This document shows positions 1-9,190 of a stretch of DNA of 64,000 nt, in pieces (positions within the stretch are counted from its first letter, which is position 1; every line of letters begins with the position of its first letter). The notes beneath the pieces are model-generated. The model was not told where the DNA came from, made no database searches, and saw only the letters and a program-made list of their open reading frames with translations. Source of the stretch: Rhodopila sp. (GTDB lineage: Bacteria; Pseudomonadota; Alphaproteobacteria; Acetobacterales; Acetobacteraceae); NCBI GenBank assembly GCA_050010355.1, contig JBEKLE010000007.1:3976-67975 (forward strand), read 5' to 3'. The position numbers were made by a program, and so were the translations under genes.

Positions 1-136
1 CGGCGATTAGCTTTCGCAGCGCGGCCGCGGCGGCCTCGTCGGCCTGCGGATCGCTCTTCGGCGTGGCGCCAAAAGCGGCGGCTATCGGCACCAAGGTGAC
101 CAGGCTGGCCGCCAGGCCACGTCGCGTGAGGCTCAT
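1..136 (-). CDS. Exported protein, N-terminal part only (runs off window); twin-arginine-like signal
   Basis: ATG at 136 with AGGAG RBS; reads MSLTRRGLAASLVTLVPIAAAFGATPKSDPQADEAAAAALRKLIA (RR followed by a hydrophobic stretch). Confidence 0.6.
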   Translation of the reverse strand, partial: MSLTRRGLAASLVTLVPIAAAFGATPKSDPQADEAAAAALRKLIA

Positions 137-257
137 GGGTATCTCCTGATGATGAGGGATTGTATCGGGCGGCCGCCAAGCTCAGCGTCAATCACAGATG
201 AGTCTGCAGCCAGTGTGAGTATTGCATTGTCGAACCTCAAAAGGTGCATTCACCGAC

Positions 258-722
258 TCAAAATAGTTTGGTGATGATGCTCACGAACAATACGACGCCG
301 CTTATGGACATAAAGACGGCCATAATTAAGGGCGGTCGCGTGATCGGAAAGTGTCCGTGCAGACGAAGTTCTCTGATCTCAAATACATATTGGGTCGTGC
401 CCATGAGCATTGCCACCGTCCCCGCCCCGGTCAGAAACAAACCCACCGCCCGCGGTGTATTGATATTCCTGCCGGGCAAGACTCCTCCAGCTTGCTCAAA
501 CGCCTGGAGAACTTTGTAGATGGTAAAGCCAAAACTCAGCATGGAAAGAGCGGTGCGGATCCAAGCCATCAACGTTCGGTCCGCTGCCATGCGTGTGCGG
601 GCTGCCGCCAGGTTCGTTGAGTTCTTCGCCGGATGCTCGTCCGGAGCCTGACGCCACATTGTAAATGGGACCTCTGTGCCTGCTGCATTAAGTGACAGTG
701 GTGTGGAATTTTGAATACCCAT
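258..722 (-). CDS. DUF202 (YidH-like) inner membrane protein
   Basis: LAAARTRMAADRTLMAWIRTALSMLSFGFTIYK motif and three hydrophobic helices; start moved from 923 to MGIQN at 722. Confidence 0.85.
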   Translation of the reverse strand: MGIQNSTPLSLNAAGTEVPFTMWRQAPDEHPAKNSTNLAAARTRMAADRTLMAWIRTALSMLSFGFTIYKVLQAFEQAGGVLPGRNINTPRAVGLFLTGAGTVAMLMGTTQYVFEIRELRLHGHFPITRPPLIMAVFMSISGVVLFVSIITKLF

Positions 723-1196
723 CGGCGGATTCACTATCTTCCCGGATACACGATGTGCCGCCGGCACGTCGCTTCGCTTCGCCTGGATGATACCACGAGG
801 CCCGGCAATGCGGTCGCCGGAGCAACGTCCTTTAATACCAGCGCGAGGAGTGGTGGATCTACCTTGACGTGGGTCAAGTTGCACCGCTCTCCCACTCGCC
901 GATCGCCGGAGGCGGACCGCCATCGCCGTGCGGGCGCAGACGGACCTATCGCCGGCTGATCAGGCGCCCGCCGCCAGCGCCTTCTCGTCCTTGCGCGGAA
1001 GCTTTGACGCTGGGGGCTTCGGGCGAGCCAGTGAATAGAACCTAACACCCTGGCGCCCTGCTTTTGTGGCTGCTTAATCTTGCCAGGATCCTTTGTCCAT
1101 CGGAATGCGGCAAAGAGGCGGTTGATTGGGCCCTGACGTTCGGAGATCGAACAACACACCCCGGTGCCATTGCCTCGCGCTCCAGTGATAGCGGTA

Positions 1197-1760
1197 CTAG
1201 CTGGCCAGGGTCAGTTCCACTCGCCGGTTTGCTGCTCGGCCTTTCGACGTATCGTTCGGCGCGACTGGCTGGGCCTCGCCAAACCCGTGCGCCTCGACGA
1301 GACTCGGATTTAGGCCTTGTGAAATCAAATACTCCATGACGTTTTCCGCACGTTTTTGCGACAGCATCTCGTTAGAGGTTATGCCCTGCCGCTGCAACGC
1401 CGGACCCACCGCGGCGTTATCGGTGTAGCCGTTCACCACGATCTTGTTCTGCTGCGTCGGCGCAAGTTTCGCCGCCATTTTGGCGACGATTTGCTTCCCC
1501 TGGTCACTGATCTGCCAGCCACCCGAGGGGAACAGCAGATCGCTGTTGACGGTATACTTGATGGCCCCCTGCAGCCGGCTGATCTGCGTCTTGTCCGCGG
1601 CGATCTGCTGCTGTAGCTGTTGGTTTTGCGCCTGAAGATCGTCGTATTTGCTCTGGGAGACGCAACCCGCGAGGCCCATGATTGATAGCAACGATCCAGC
1701 GATGAGGCTTTGCTTGATGAGATTTGTCACAGTTCGGAATCCCCTATGCCGGACAAACAT
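1197..1760 (-). CDS. OmpA/MotB-family peptidoglycan-binding lipoprotein
   Basis: Lipobox LAGC, short coiled coil, LLFPSG, V-N-G-Y-T-D, N..LSQKRA..V and NRRVE motifs. Confidence 0.9.
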   Translation of the reverse strand: MFVRHRGFRTVTNLIKQSLIAGSLLSIMGLAGCVSQSKYDDLQAQNQQLQQQIAADKTQISRLQGAIKYTVNSDLLFPSGGWQISDQGKQIVAKMAAKLAPTQQNKIVVNGYTDNAAVGPALQRQGITSNEMLSQKRAENVMEYLISQGLNPSLVEAHGFGEAQPVAPNDTSKGRAANRRVELTLAS

Positions 1761-1955
1761 GATCGTCGAAAGTGAGCAGTTGGTCCAAGGCTTAACCTAC
1801 CAGGAAACCAGACTGCCGACAACTGTTGGCGTCAAACCTTGTGTTCCTGGCTCTGAAAGCGCTATGCAGTTTCGGCAATCGGTAAGCAGAACAAAAGCGT
1901 CCGAGAATTGCTGCCCTGGCATGTGACCGAAACGGCAGCCTCCCACCGTATACGC

Positions 1956-2825
1956 CTACCTCCCAAACAGGAGCGTCAAGGTAAGTTGAGCGGCCCAGAC
2001 GGACCCGTTGTCTCCCGGCCGCACGATGTTGTAGTACCCTTCTGCTTTGATCGTCATCGCCTGTGTGCCGATTTTGAATGCCTTGCCGATCCCGCCTCCG
2101 ACGGGCACAGTCCAGCGTTTGTCGTTTGTCGACGCCCAGTTGGCCGTGATGTTGGGGGAGGAGCTCACGGACCAACCGTCTCCAAAACGGTAGGCGACAA
2201 TTGGGTTAAGCATCAGGCTATTACTCCTGTTGCTCCCATCGGGAGGTTCGCTTAAACTCCAAACATTGTTCGTAACGAACCCGAAGGTCCACGGGATGCT
2301 GCCCTGCCACGTGAACGCGACGGAGGGACCCAAGCCCCACCTGTTCTGACCCGTTGCGGCGTTGGTTGCCGTCGGGAAAGAAATCACCGGCCCAGCCCCC
2401 CAGAAGAACTTGTCACCCCAGGCCGGCGACAGGAACAGCGTCGTTTGCAAATTGTTGAGACCGTCTTCCCAGGAATCGCCTGGCTTCTTCGGCGCCTGTG
2501 TAATAAAGGCCTCCTTGCTTCGGGCGATGAGGAACCAGTCGTCGTTCAGCGAGATCGGGACCACGGCATTGCTAAGTTCCAAAGTGTTTGTTGTGGCGTC
2601 GTAGTAGCCGTCCTCAAACGACGCTTTGTATCGAAGCGGCAGCGTGTAGAATCGTGTCACTGGATTTTCCGATTCCTTTTCGTACTCCTCGTTGGTCTCG
2701 TCGGCAGCCGACTGTGCGCTTGCTCGCGTGACCCACAGCAAGAGCGCGAGACCAATCAGCCTGGTGGCGATTCGGCGTGAGGATGGCAAAGCCGAGTTGC
2801 CAGGTTCTCGGGATCTACATAACAT
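1956..2825 (-). CDS. Putative outer-membrane beta-barrel protein (family often mis-annotated as neuromedin U)
   Basis: Signal peptide ending ASA, ENPV motif, WGAGP/WGLGP repeats, alternating aromatic strands; paralogous to 5981-6850. Confidence 0.7.
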   Translation of the reverse strand: MLCRSREPGNSALPSSRRIATRLIGLALLLWVTRASAQSAADETNEEYEKESENPVTRFYTLPLRYKASFEDGYYDATTNTLELSNAVVPISLNDDWFLIARSKEAFITQAPKKPGDSWEDGLNNLQTTLFLSPAWGDKFFWGAGPVISFPTATNAATGQNRWGLGPSVAFTWQGSIPWTFGFVTNNVWSLSEPPDGSNRSNSLMLNPIVAYRFGDGWSVSSSPNITANWASTNDKRWTVPVGGGIGKAFKIGTQAMTIKAEGYYNIVRPGDNGSVWAAQLTLTLLFGR

Positions 2826-3090
2826 CGGCTTAGCCTTGCCTACCTAGAGGACGAGTTATCCAGCTTATGCCTCGGAGGAGGAACCCAGCGCTTCACGCTG
2901 ATCGAAGTCCAACCGGGGGCTTGTACTTTGGTCATCCCCAGGTCGCACGTGCCAGCGTCGCGGGGTCCCCCTTCAGGTGTAAACTCGTCTACTAGAACGA
3001 GAAATTCACCGCGAGCATCGGGCCCTTGATCGCTAGGCACTGCAGACACCCACACCGGGTCTGCGGCGCTAACATGTGGCAAAAAACGAC

Positions 3091-3429
3091 TCACGTTCCT
3101 TCGTCCGCTCCGGCCAAATCGCGCTCGAGGAAGAAGTTTAGAAACGTCCGGATAACCGCGATTGCGGCCAACCGTTCGATATCCGTCCAACCTGGAGCGA
3201 TCGCGGTTTCGATGATGTCCGCTGCTAGCTGAAACGTCAGGCCGGCAACCAGCCAGCGCGCGTAACGCGCCCAAATACCACGAAACGGCTGGTCCGGAGC
3301 CAACGGAGATAGCATCGCCCGGAGCCCGCGAACGAATGCCTCGCACGACCCAAAGGTTATGACCACCAGCGCCATTGATTCAATGACGGCGATTGCGATT
3401 CGTGTTATGATATCGAACCAATATTCCAT
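3091..3429 (-). CDS. DUF1622 domain membrane protein
   Basis: GLTFQLAADIIETAIAPGWTDIERLAAIAVIRTFLNFFLERD signature. Confidence 0.9.
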   Translation of the reverse strand: MEYWFDIITRIAIAVIESMALVVITFGSCEAFVRGLRAMLSPLAPDQPFRGIWARYARWLVAGLTFQLAADIIETAIAPGWTDIERLAAIAVIRTFLNFFLERDLAGADEGT

Positions 3430-3454
3430 AGAACCCCTTCATTCGACGGCGTTG

Positions 3455-3922
3455 TCATTCCTTAAACGTCACGGCAATCAGCCCCATGAGTCCGAGGAGC
3501 GCTACAAAGCCTCCCACGACCACGGCCAATGAGGGTGGTGCCTCGATGCCCGCCGCCCTCAGGCTTCGCAGATCCCGAACATGCTGCGCGCCAGCGATAC
3601 CGACCACGCTGAGCCCGATAAGGATCATCGTAGCCCCAAAGCCCCGTGAACCGATGACCCCCTCCTGGAATGCGCCCTTGAGTCCGATCTCCCGGATCTG
3701 GAAGAACTTGTAAATGGAGAACCCGAACGAGATCAGCGATACCCCGGTCCGGAGCCAGGCCATCATCGTACGTTCGTACGCCAGCCGAGTGCGCTCCATG
3801 CTCAGGTAATTAGGGTCTGCGCGGCTCCACGTTCCCTGTTCCCCCAGGATGAGGTCAACACAGTACGAGATTGCCCGTTGCCACGGTTTGCCTTCTGAAG
3901 TGGGTCGCGGCGATTGGCTCAT
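3455..3922 (-). CDS. DUF202 (YidH-like) inner membrane protein, second copy
   Basis: LSMERTRLAYERTMMAWLRTGVSLISFGFSIYKFF; start placed at MSQSP. Confidence 0.85.
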   Translation of the reverse strand: MSQSPRPTSEGKPWQRAISYCVDLILGEQGTWSRADPNYLSMERTRLAYERTMMAWLRTGVSLISFGFSIYKFFQIREIGLKGAFQEGVIGSRGFGATMILIGLSVVGIAGAQHVRDLRSLRAAGIEAPPSLAVVVGGFVALLGLMGLIAVTFKE

Positions 3923-4059
3923 CGGATTGCACTCCAATGTTCGAAGCGGATAAGCCGGGGAATCGCGCATGACACAGCGGCGGTCGTGAACGTTTTCCAT
4001 AAGAATGTCTGTTCGAACCTTCAGCGGATTGAGATGTCGAATGCTGCTCGGAGCGGAGG

Positions 4060-5229
4060 TTACATGCCGGACAGCCTGGTGACGAACTTCTCGGCCAACG
4101 CTGCAAGGGGGTATTTAATCAGCAACAGCGGTAGCATTGGCAGCAGCGCGGCGATCAGCAATTGGGCCCACAATTTCCCGCTGACCGGAGCTAATCGCAT
4201 ATTTCGCACGACGTTGACGCTGTTGGACAGGTCGGCCAGGGACTGCAAATCTGGCGTGCCCAACAGTGGCTCTCCAGGATCGGCCGTGCGGAGCCATTTT
4301 ATGTCGAAGCTGTCCACATAGCGTGAGGCGAGAGTCCCATAATCGCCCAGGCCCTTGATCTTGGCTGCCCAGAGCCTGGGGCTGAAAAGAAAAAGCGGCC
4401 CGGCGAACAGCACCGCATCGACCGAAAGAGTTAGCACGAGCGAGGGGTAAATCGCCTCGAACGTCATGGTGCCCAAAGATATTTCCTCTGCGAAGGAGGC
4501 CGATTGAAGCGCCGAAATTGCCAGTATCAACGGAATAAAACAGGTATGCACATGTTCCAGAGATCCGAGGCCGGCAGCGCCATCAGGATGGGTCGGCACC
4601 AGATGAAGCTCCAGTTTGGTGATCCGCCAGAGAAAGTACGTCCAGTGGCAAAGTCGCCAGAGCCAGCGAAGCAGCAGGAACCGAAACAGTGTCAGGCAGA
4701 CAATCCAGTACCACAGACCCGCCATTGTTAGGTCAGTTCCGACACGAAATGGGTCATGGGCGGCCGTCGCTCCGGCCAACTGGAGCGACGGGGCAGCCAA
4801 TGACATCAAAATTCCAGCCAACAGGCACAGCACCTCCGCAAACCAGGAATCCTTCCACCGGGTGGCGTGTGCGATTTCCGCCGCCAGGGCCGGCAAAGCC
4901 GGTTTAGTAACGATTTCCTTCCGGCCCAGCCCACTGACGAATCCCGTCATCATTGGATCGACCCACGCTTCGCACATGAAGAACAGCGGGATGACTACAA
5001 GCAGGCGGATATGCCCGGCGATGACTGACACAGAAAAAAGACGAGGGGTAAGTCCCTCGATCACCGCCGATGCCAGCAGCACGGTCCAAAGGAAGGCACC
5101 TAGCGCCAATCCAAGTGGTACGGTGTTCGTTCCGTTCCGGACCAGGCCAACGCGGATGCCCAGCCTATGGAGCGGCCCCCCGAGCAACGAGAAATCCTCT
5201 ATTCTATTGTTTTCTCCCATCTCTTGCAT
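4060..5229 (-). CDS. Conserved hypothetical polytopic membrane protein
   Basis: Long ORF with many hydrophobic segments and motifs FSLLGGP, HPDGAAGLG, DLQSLADLSNS; start placed at MQEMG. Confidence 0.7.
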   Translation of the reverse strand: MQEMGENNRIEDFSLLGGPLHRLGIRVGLVRNGTNTVPLGLALGAFLWTVLLASAVIEGLTPRLFSVSVIAGHIRLLVVIPLFFMCEAWVDPMMTGFVSGLGRKEIVTKPALPALAAEIAHATRWKDSWFAEVLCLLAGILMSLAAPSLQLAGATAAHDPFRVGTDLTMAGLWYWIVCLTLFRFLLLRWLWRLCHWTYFLWRITKLELHLVPTHPDGAAGLGSLEHVHTCFIPLILAISALQSASFAEEISLGTMTFEAIYPSLVLTLSVDAVLFAGPLFLFSPRLWAAKIKGLGDYGTLASRYVDSFDIKWLRTADPGEPLLGTPDLQSLADLSNSVNVVRNMRLAPVSGKLWAQLLIAALLPMLPLLLIKYPLAALAEKFVTRLSGM

Positions 5230-5324
5230 CTCACTCACTCTCACTGCGTGATCAAATCGCCGGACGGTCGGGCGCCCCCGTGGGTCCATCCCGGCATCGT
5301 CTCGGCAAGAGCACGCACGACGCT

Positions 5325-5834
5325 TTATCCGGATCCACCCGCCGAAGCACGATCGCGCCACCAGTGCGCAACGCGCGCGATCGGTCCGCGCAGCAGCAGG
5401 TACGGAACGAAGGCAAGCAGGAACGCGACAATCACCGTCTCGACCGGATAGAACGCCTTGAACACGATGATCTGATAGATCGTGTCCATGGCCAGTCCCA
5501 GGAGAATGACCCGGGCTGTCGAGATCAGTCCTTCGCGCAGGCGGCCGGCACGGTGCGCCCTGTTGGTCAGAATGGTCCAGAGATAAGGGGACCGCCCGAT
5601 CCGCGCGTCGGTCATGCCGTCATGCAGTGCCGCAATCGTCGCCATGACGGGCTGGAGAATGAAGCGGAATTTCATTGGGCCGCCTGGGCGATCAATAATG
5701 TTCTGCCAGAGCCGCTGACGGGACTCAGCCGACAAGTCATACCAAGCGACGCCACTTATAATAAGTGCGATCGCGAGAACGACGACCAGTTGGGCCAGGA
5801 AGACTTTGGTCTTGGATGGGGCTTCGGTTATCAT
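5325..5834 (-). CDS. Conserved hypothetical membrane protein
   Basis: GPMKFRFILQPVMA and DARIGRSPYLW motifs, 3-4 TM segments, co-oriented in operon. Confidence 0.7.
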   Translation of the reverse strand: MITEAPSKTKVFLAQLVVVLAIALIISGVAWYDLSAESRQRLWQNIIDRPGGPMKFRFILQPVMATIAALHDGMTDARIGRSPYLWTILTNRAHRAGRLREGLISTARVILLGLAMDTIYQIIVFKAFYPVETVIVAFLLAFVPYLLLRGPIARVAHWWRDRASAGGSG

Positions 5835-5980
5835 ATCAACTGCGTCTCATGCGTGGCGCCACGGAAATCTGGTCATGTGAACCATGATTGCTGGCGTTCC
5901 TCGATCTTCTGGACAACGTGTTTCTCCCTCTCGTTGGACGCTCGGCGCGCTCATTCTTCGCCCTGTTGATCGGAACATCC

Positions 5981-6850
5981 TCAGAAGATAAAGGTGATTT
6001 GTGTCCTGAGCTGCCAGGTCGAGCCGAATTGCGGGCGTAGCGCGTTGTAGTACGAACCAATACTGAGATTCACAGGCAATTTTCCCGCGATCTTTATGAC
6101 TCGACCGACCTGACCGCCCAGCGGCAAGGTCCATGCCTTGTCGCCAGAGGCGGGCCATTTGGCGGTGATGACCGGGGACGTGCCGACATACCAGCCCCCG
6201 CCGAAATTGTAGTTTGCGAACGGCTGAGCCAGGAACATGCTGTATTTCGTACCACTCGGTCCCGGGGTGCCGCCGAACGACCAAACATTGTTGACAAGCA
6301 CGCCTGCGACCCACGGTCCCTTCATGTAGACTACGAGACCGGTCGGACCTGCTCCCCAGACATTGGAGCCAAGAGTGCTGTCGCTGCTCGTGGGTACCTG
6401 GACGATCGGTCCAATACCCCACAGCCAACCATTGCTCGGCTGGCTCGGCGAGAGGAACGCCGAAAACGAGGTCGGCCCGGTGCCGAATGGCACGGTTTGC
6501 GCCGGCTGCAGCGACGGCTGCCAGATCAGAGGCAGGATCGTTCGCGTGATGATGTTCCAATCCTGGCTGATATGGATTGGCAGGACCGGCTGGATGTTGA
6601 GGATTTCCTGCGTGCCCTTATGCGGGCCGGTGTTGAAGTTGGTGTTGCTCTGAAATGGGACACTGTAGAGGTCGCCGATCGGGTTTTGCAATTGCTTGGC
6701 AAGATCGGTCTCGCTCTCCGCCTCCACGGCCTCCAGGCTACTGGGCGCCGGCGGTGCGCTCGCTGCCGCTGACTGGGCATGGGCTGCCGTTCCCGCCGCG
6801 AAAAGCAATGGTGCGAGCAGGATCGCGCTTGACCTTAGCCTGACAATCAT
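5981..6850 (-). CDS. Putative outer-membrane beta-barrel protein (paralog of 1956-2825)
   Basis: Signal peptide ending AHA, LAKQLQNPIG, WGIGP/WGAGP, C-terminal QITFIF ending in Phe. Confidence 0.75.
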   Translation of the reverse strand: MIVRLRSSAILLAPLLFAAGTAAHAQSAAASAPPAPSSLEAVEAESETDLAKQLQNPIGDLYSVPFQSNTNFNTGPHKGTQEILNIQPVLPIHISQDWNIITRTILPLIWQPSLQPAQTVPFGTGPTSFSAFLSPSQPSNGWLWGIGPIVQVPTSSDSTLGSNVWGAGPTGLVVYMKGPWVAGVLVNNVWSFGGTPGPSGTKYSMFLAQPFANYNFGGGWYVGTSPVITAKWPASGDKAWTLPLGGQVGRVIKIAGKLPVNLSIGSYYNALRPQFGSTWQLRTQITFIF

Positions 6851-8988
6851 TTTGCTAACGACCTTCGTTCATTTCGCGACAACTTGGCCGAATTTTGGTT
6901 CGGGTTGGTTGCCACGCCCGCGGCCTCGCGACGGCGGTCAAATCGGTTGGTCGATTGTCGAAGCGTGTTGTGGTCGGACGAAACCCGTTGTTCCGTTCTT
7001 TTGGTCATCAACTCAGTTAGCCCTGCCCTAATAGCGCGGGCTTCCATGGCCCGTTCATCGAGCGGAATCGTAGGTAATCCGCCCGGGTGTGACACCGGCA
7101 GACTGCGCAAGTGATCCATGATCGCCTGCCATTCCTTGATCTCATGGACAGCGTCCTTCCCCGTCCCCATGGCGACGCTGCGCTTGTCCGTGGTGCCCGG
7201 CGGCGGCAGCAGGTCGGGGGTGTCGATGCGCGGGTCGTCGAGCGCCTCGACCCTCGACCCGAACGGCTGCCCTGCTTTGTTCTTGGGTAGAAGCGTCAGT
7301 TTGCCCTTGGTGTATTTCGGGATGGCCACGAGGACGATGCCGAGATATAGCGGGCACGTAAGGCTGTACAGCCGTTCGTCCTTCCCCGAGGTGTCGATCA
7401 CCTGATAGCCGCGATCCAGGTCCCCCAGTTCGATTTCCGTCACCACGTCGAACATTGGGCGCGACTTGTCGTAACGGAACCTCATGCCCGAGGCGCGAGG
7501 GAAGTACTCGCCGGGGTGGGCGGGGCTGTCGATGAGCAGAAACTCAAGCACATGCTTGAGTTCCTCGCCGGTGAGGTAGGCGGTCACCAGCGCGCTGCCG
7601 GCCGTCATGTCCACCACACCGGCGCCAAGCGGCGCCACGGTGAACACGTCGTAGACCGTCTGCACGCCCGTCTTGCCTCGCGTCAAGCCGGCACGGATCA
7701 TCCCATTGGCGCTGAAGCCGATGTCCGCTTCTGTCGCCTTCCTGAAGGCGTCGGTGACGAGATTGGCGAGCGGCGTGCCGGCGGCGATGTCGGTGAACGT
7801 GTTGGGCAGGTCTCTTGGCACCACCGCAAGGGGTTGATCGACGCTGTAACCGCGGGACGCGAACACGGCCGCTGTGACCGACTTCTTGAACGTCTCAATC
7901 GCATCACCGATGGCGTGATCGCCGGCAATGGTGTCGTCGATCGGATGAAGCCGGTAGAACTCGACCGTCAGCCTGTCGCCGTCCAGGGTGATCACCAGTT
8001 CGCCGAGATTGCGTCCTTCCAATCCGGTCTGCACCACGGGCGTCCGGCCGTTGACGATGATCGCCTCTTCCAGTTCGGTGTGGCTGTGGCCGCCGATCAC
8101 CACGTCGATGCCCGGCACGGCCTTGGCCAGGTGCACGTCGTCGCCTTCGGTGAAGCGTCCGTCCTTGCCTTTCTGCACGCCGCCGTGGCTGAGAGCGATG
8201 ACGACGTCCACGTTCTCCGTCTCGCGAAGGATCGCCACCATTTCCTTGGCAGTCTCGATGGCGTCGGTGAACGAAACCGCGCCTGCGCCCGTGGTGTAGA
8301 TCATGGCCTCTTTGCCGAGCACTCCGAAGAGGCCGAAGCGGATGCCGCCGCGCTCGATCACCCGGTATCGGCGAATCACCTTGTCCTGGGCGAGCCGCTG
8401 TAGCGTCGTCAGCGTTGCGTCTGTCCCCGCGAAACTGGAGTTTGCGGCAAGCACCGCCGGAATGCGGCCGGCCTTGGCGGCCACATCGATCGACTGGCCC
8501 AGACCTTCCGGCCCAAGGTCGAAATCGTGATTGCCAAGAGTGACGGCATCGTAGCCCATCAGGGACATGATCTGCAGTTCGCCGCCGGTCTCGCGGCTGG
8601 CGGCGCCGAAAGCGGTCCCCATGCTGTAATCGCCCGCGTCAAGCACCAGCACGGGACCCCGACCCGCGCGCGCCTGTTTCCTCGTCGCGATCACGGAGGC
8701 GAGACGCTCGTATCCGCCTCGGGTGGTGTCGTCGTTGAGGGTGTACGGCGTGTAGTCCGAAGACGGACCCATGCCGATGAACGCTGAGTGCATATCGTTC
8801 GTGTGCAGGATCGTGAAGGTCTTCTTCATCTCATTCTCCTCCGCTGCCGCGGGGCGTGTACCGGTCAGGATCGCCGCTCCAACCGCCGTCGCACTGGCCA
8901 GAAATTCGCGACGAGAGGGTGTTTCGCCTGGCCTGGGGGCGGCGATCTTCGTCGCCACTGCGGCCGTGCTTCCTTCCGATGCTTTCAT
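6847..8988 (-). CDS. Bifunctional metallophosphatase/5'-nucleotidase, Tat-exported
   Basis: SRREFL Tat motif and AAA cleavage site; ILHTNDMH, LDAGD, GNHDFD and GGHSH metallophosphoesterase motifs; C-terminal 5'-nucleotidase domain. Confidence 0.9.
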   Translation of the reverse strand: MKASEGSTAAVATKIAAPRPGETPSRREFLASATAVGAAILTGTRPAAAEENEMKKTFTILHTNDMHSAFIGMGPSSDYTPYTLNDDTTRGGYERLASVIATRKQARAGRGPVLVLDAGDYSMGTAFGAASRETGGELQIMSLMGYDAVTLGNHDFDLGPEGLGQSIDVAAKAGRIPAVLAANSSFAGTDATLTTLQRLAQDKVIRRYRVIERGGIRFGLFGVLGKEAMIYTTGAGAVSFTDAIETAKEMVAILRETENVDVVIALSHGGVQKGKDGRFTEGDDVHLAKAVPGIDVVIGGHSHTELEEAIIVNGRTPVVQTGLEGRNLGELVITLDGDRLTVEFYRLHPIDDTIAGDHAIGDAIETFKKSVTAAVFASRGYSVDQPLAVVPRDLPNTFTDIAAGTPLANLVTDAFRKATEADIGFSANGMIRAGLTRGKTGVQTVYDVFTVAPLGAGVVDMTAGSALVTAYLTGEELKHVLEFLLIDSPAHPGEYFPRASGMRFRYDKSRPMFDVVTEIELGDLDRGYQVIDTSGKDERLYSLTCPLYLGIVLVAIPKYTKGKLTLLPKNKAGQPFGSRVEALDDPRIDTPDLLPPPGTTDKRSVAMGTGKDAVHEIKEWQAIMDHLRSLPVSHPGGLPTIPLDERAMEARAIRAGLTELMTKRTEQRVSSDHNTLRQSTNRFDRRREAAGVATNPNQNSAKLSRNERRSLAK

Positions 8989-9190
8989 CGACGTGCACTT
9001 TCGATATTCCGATGACTTCGCCGCTCACCAACGCGCTGCTTACGGCCCCTGGGATGTGAGCAGCGAGGCTGCGCGGCGAGGGTGGCGTCTGCTGCGGAAG
9101 CGCGTGTTGCGCCTGTACCCCGCGGGCCGTAGTCTGCCCGCGGGGTACCCACTCGCCCTTTCACCCCCTCAATCGATGAAAGGCCGTCGG

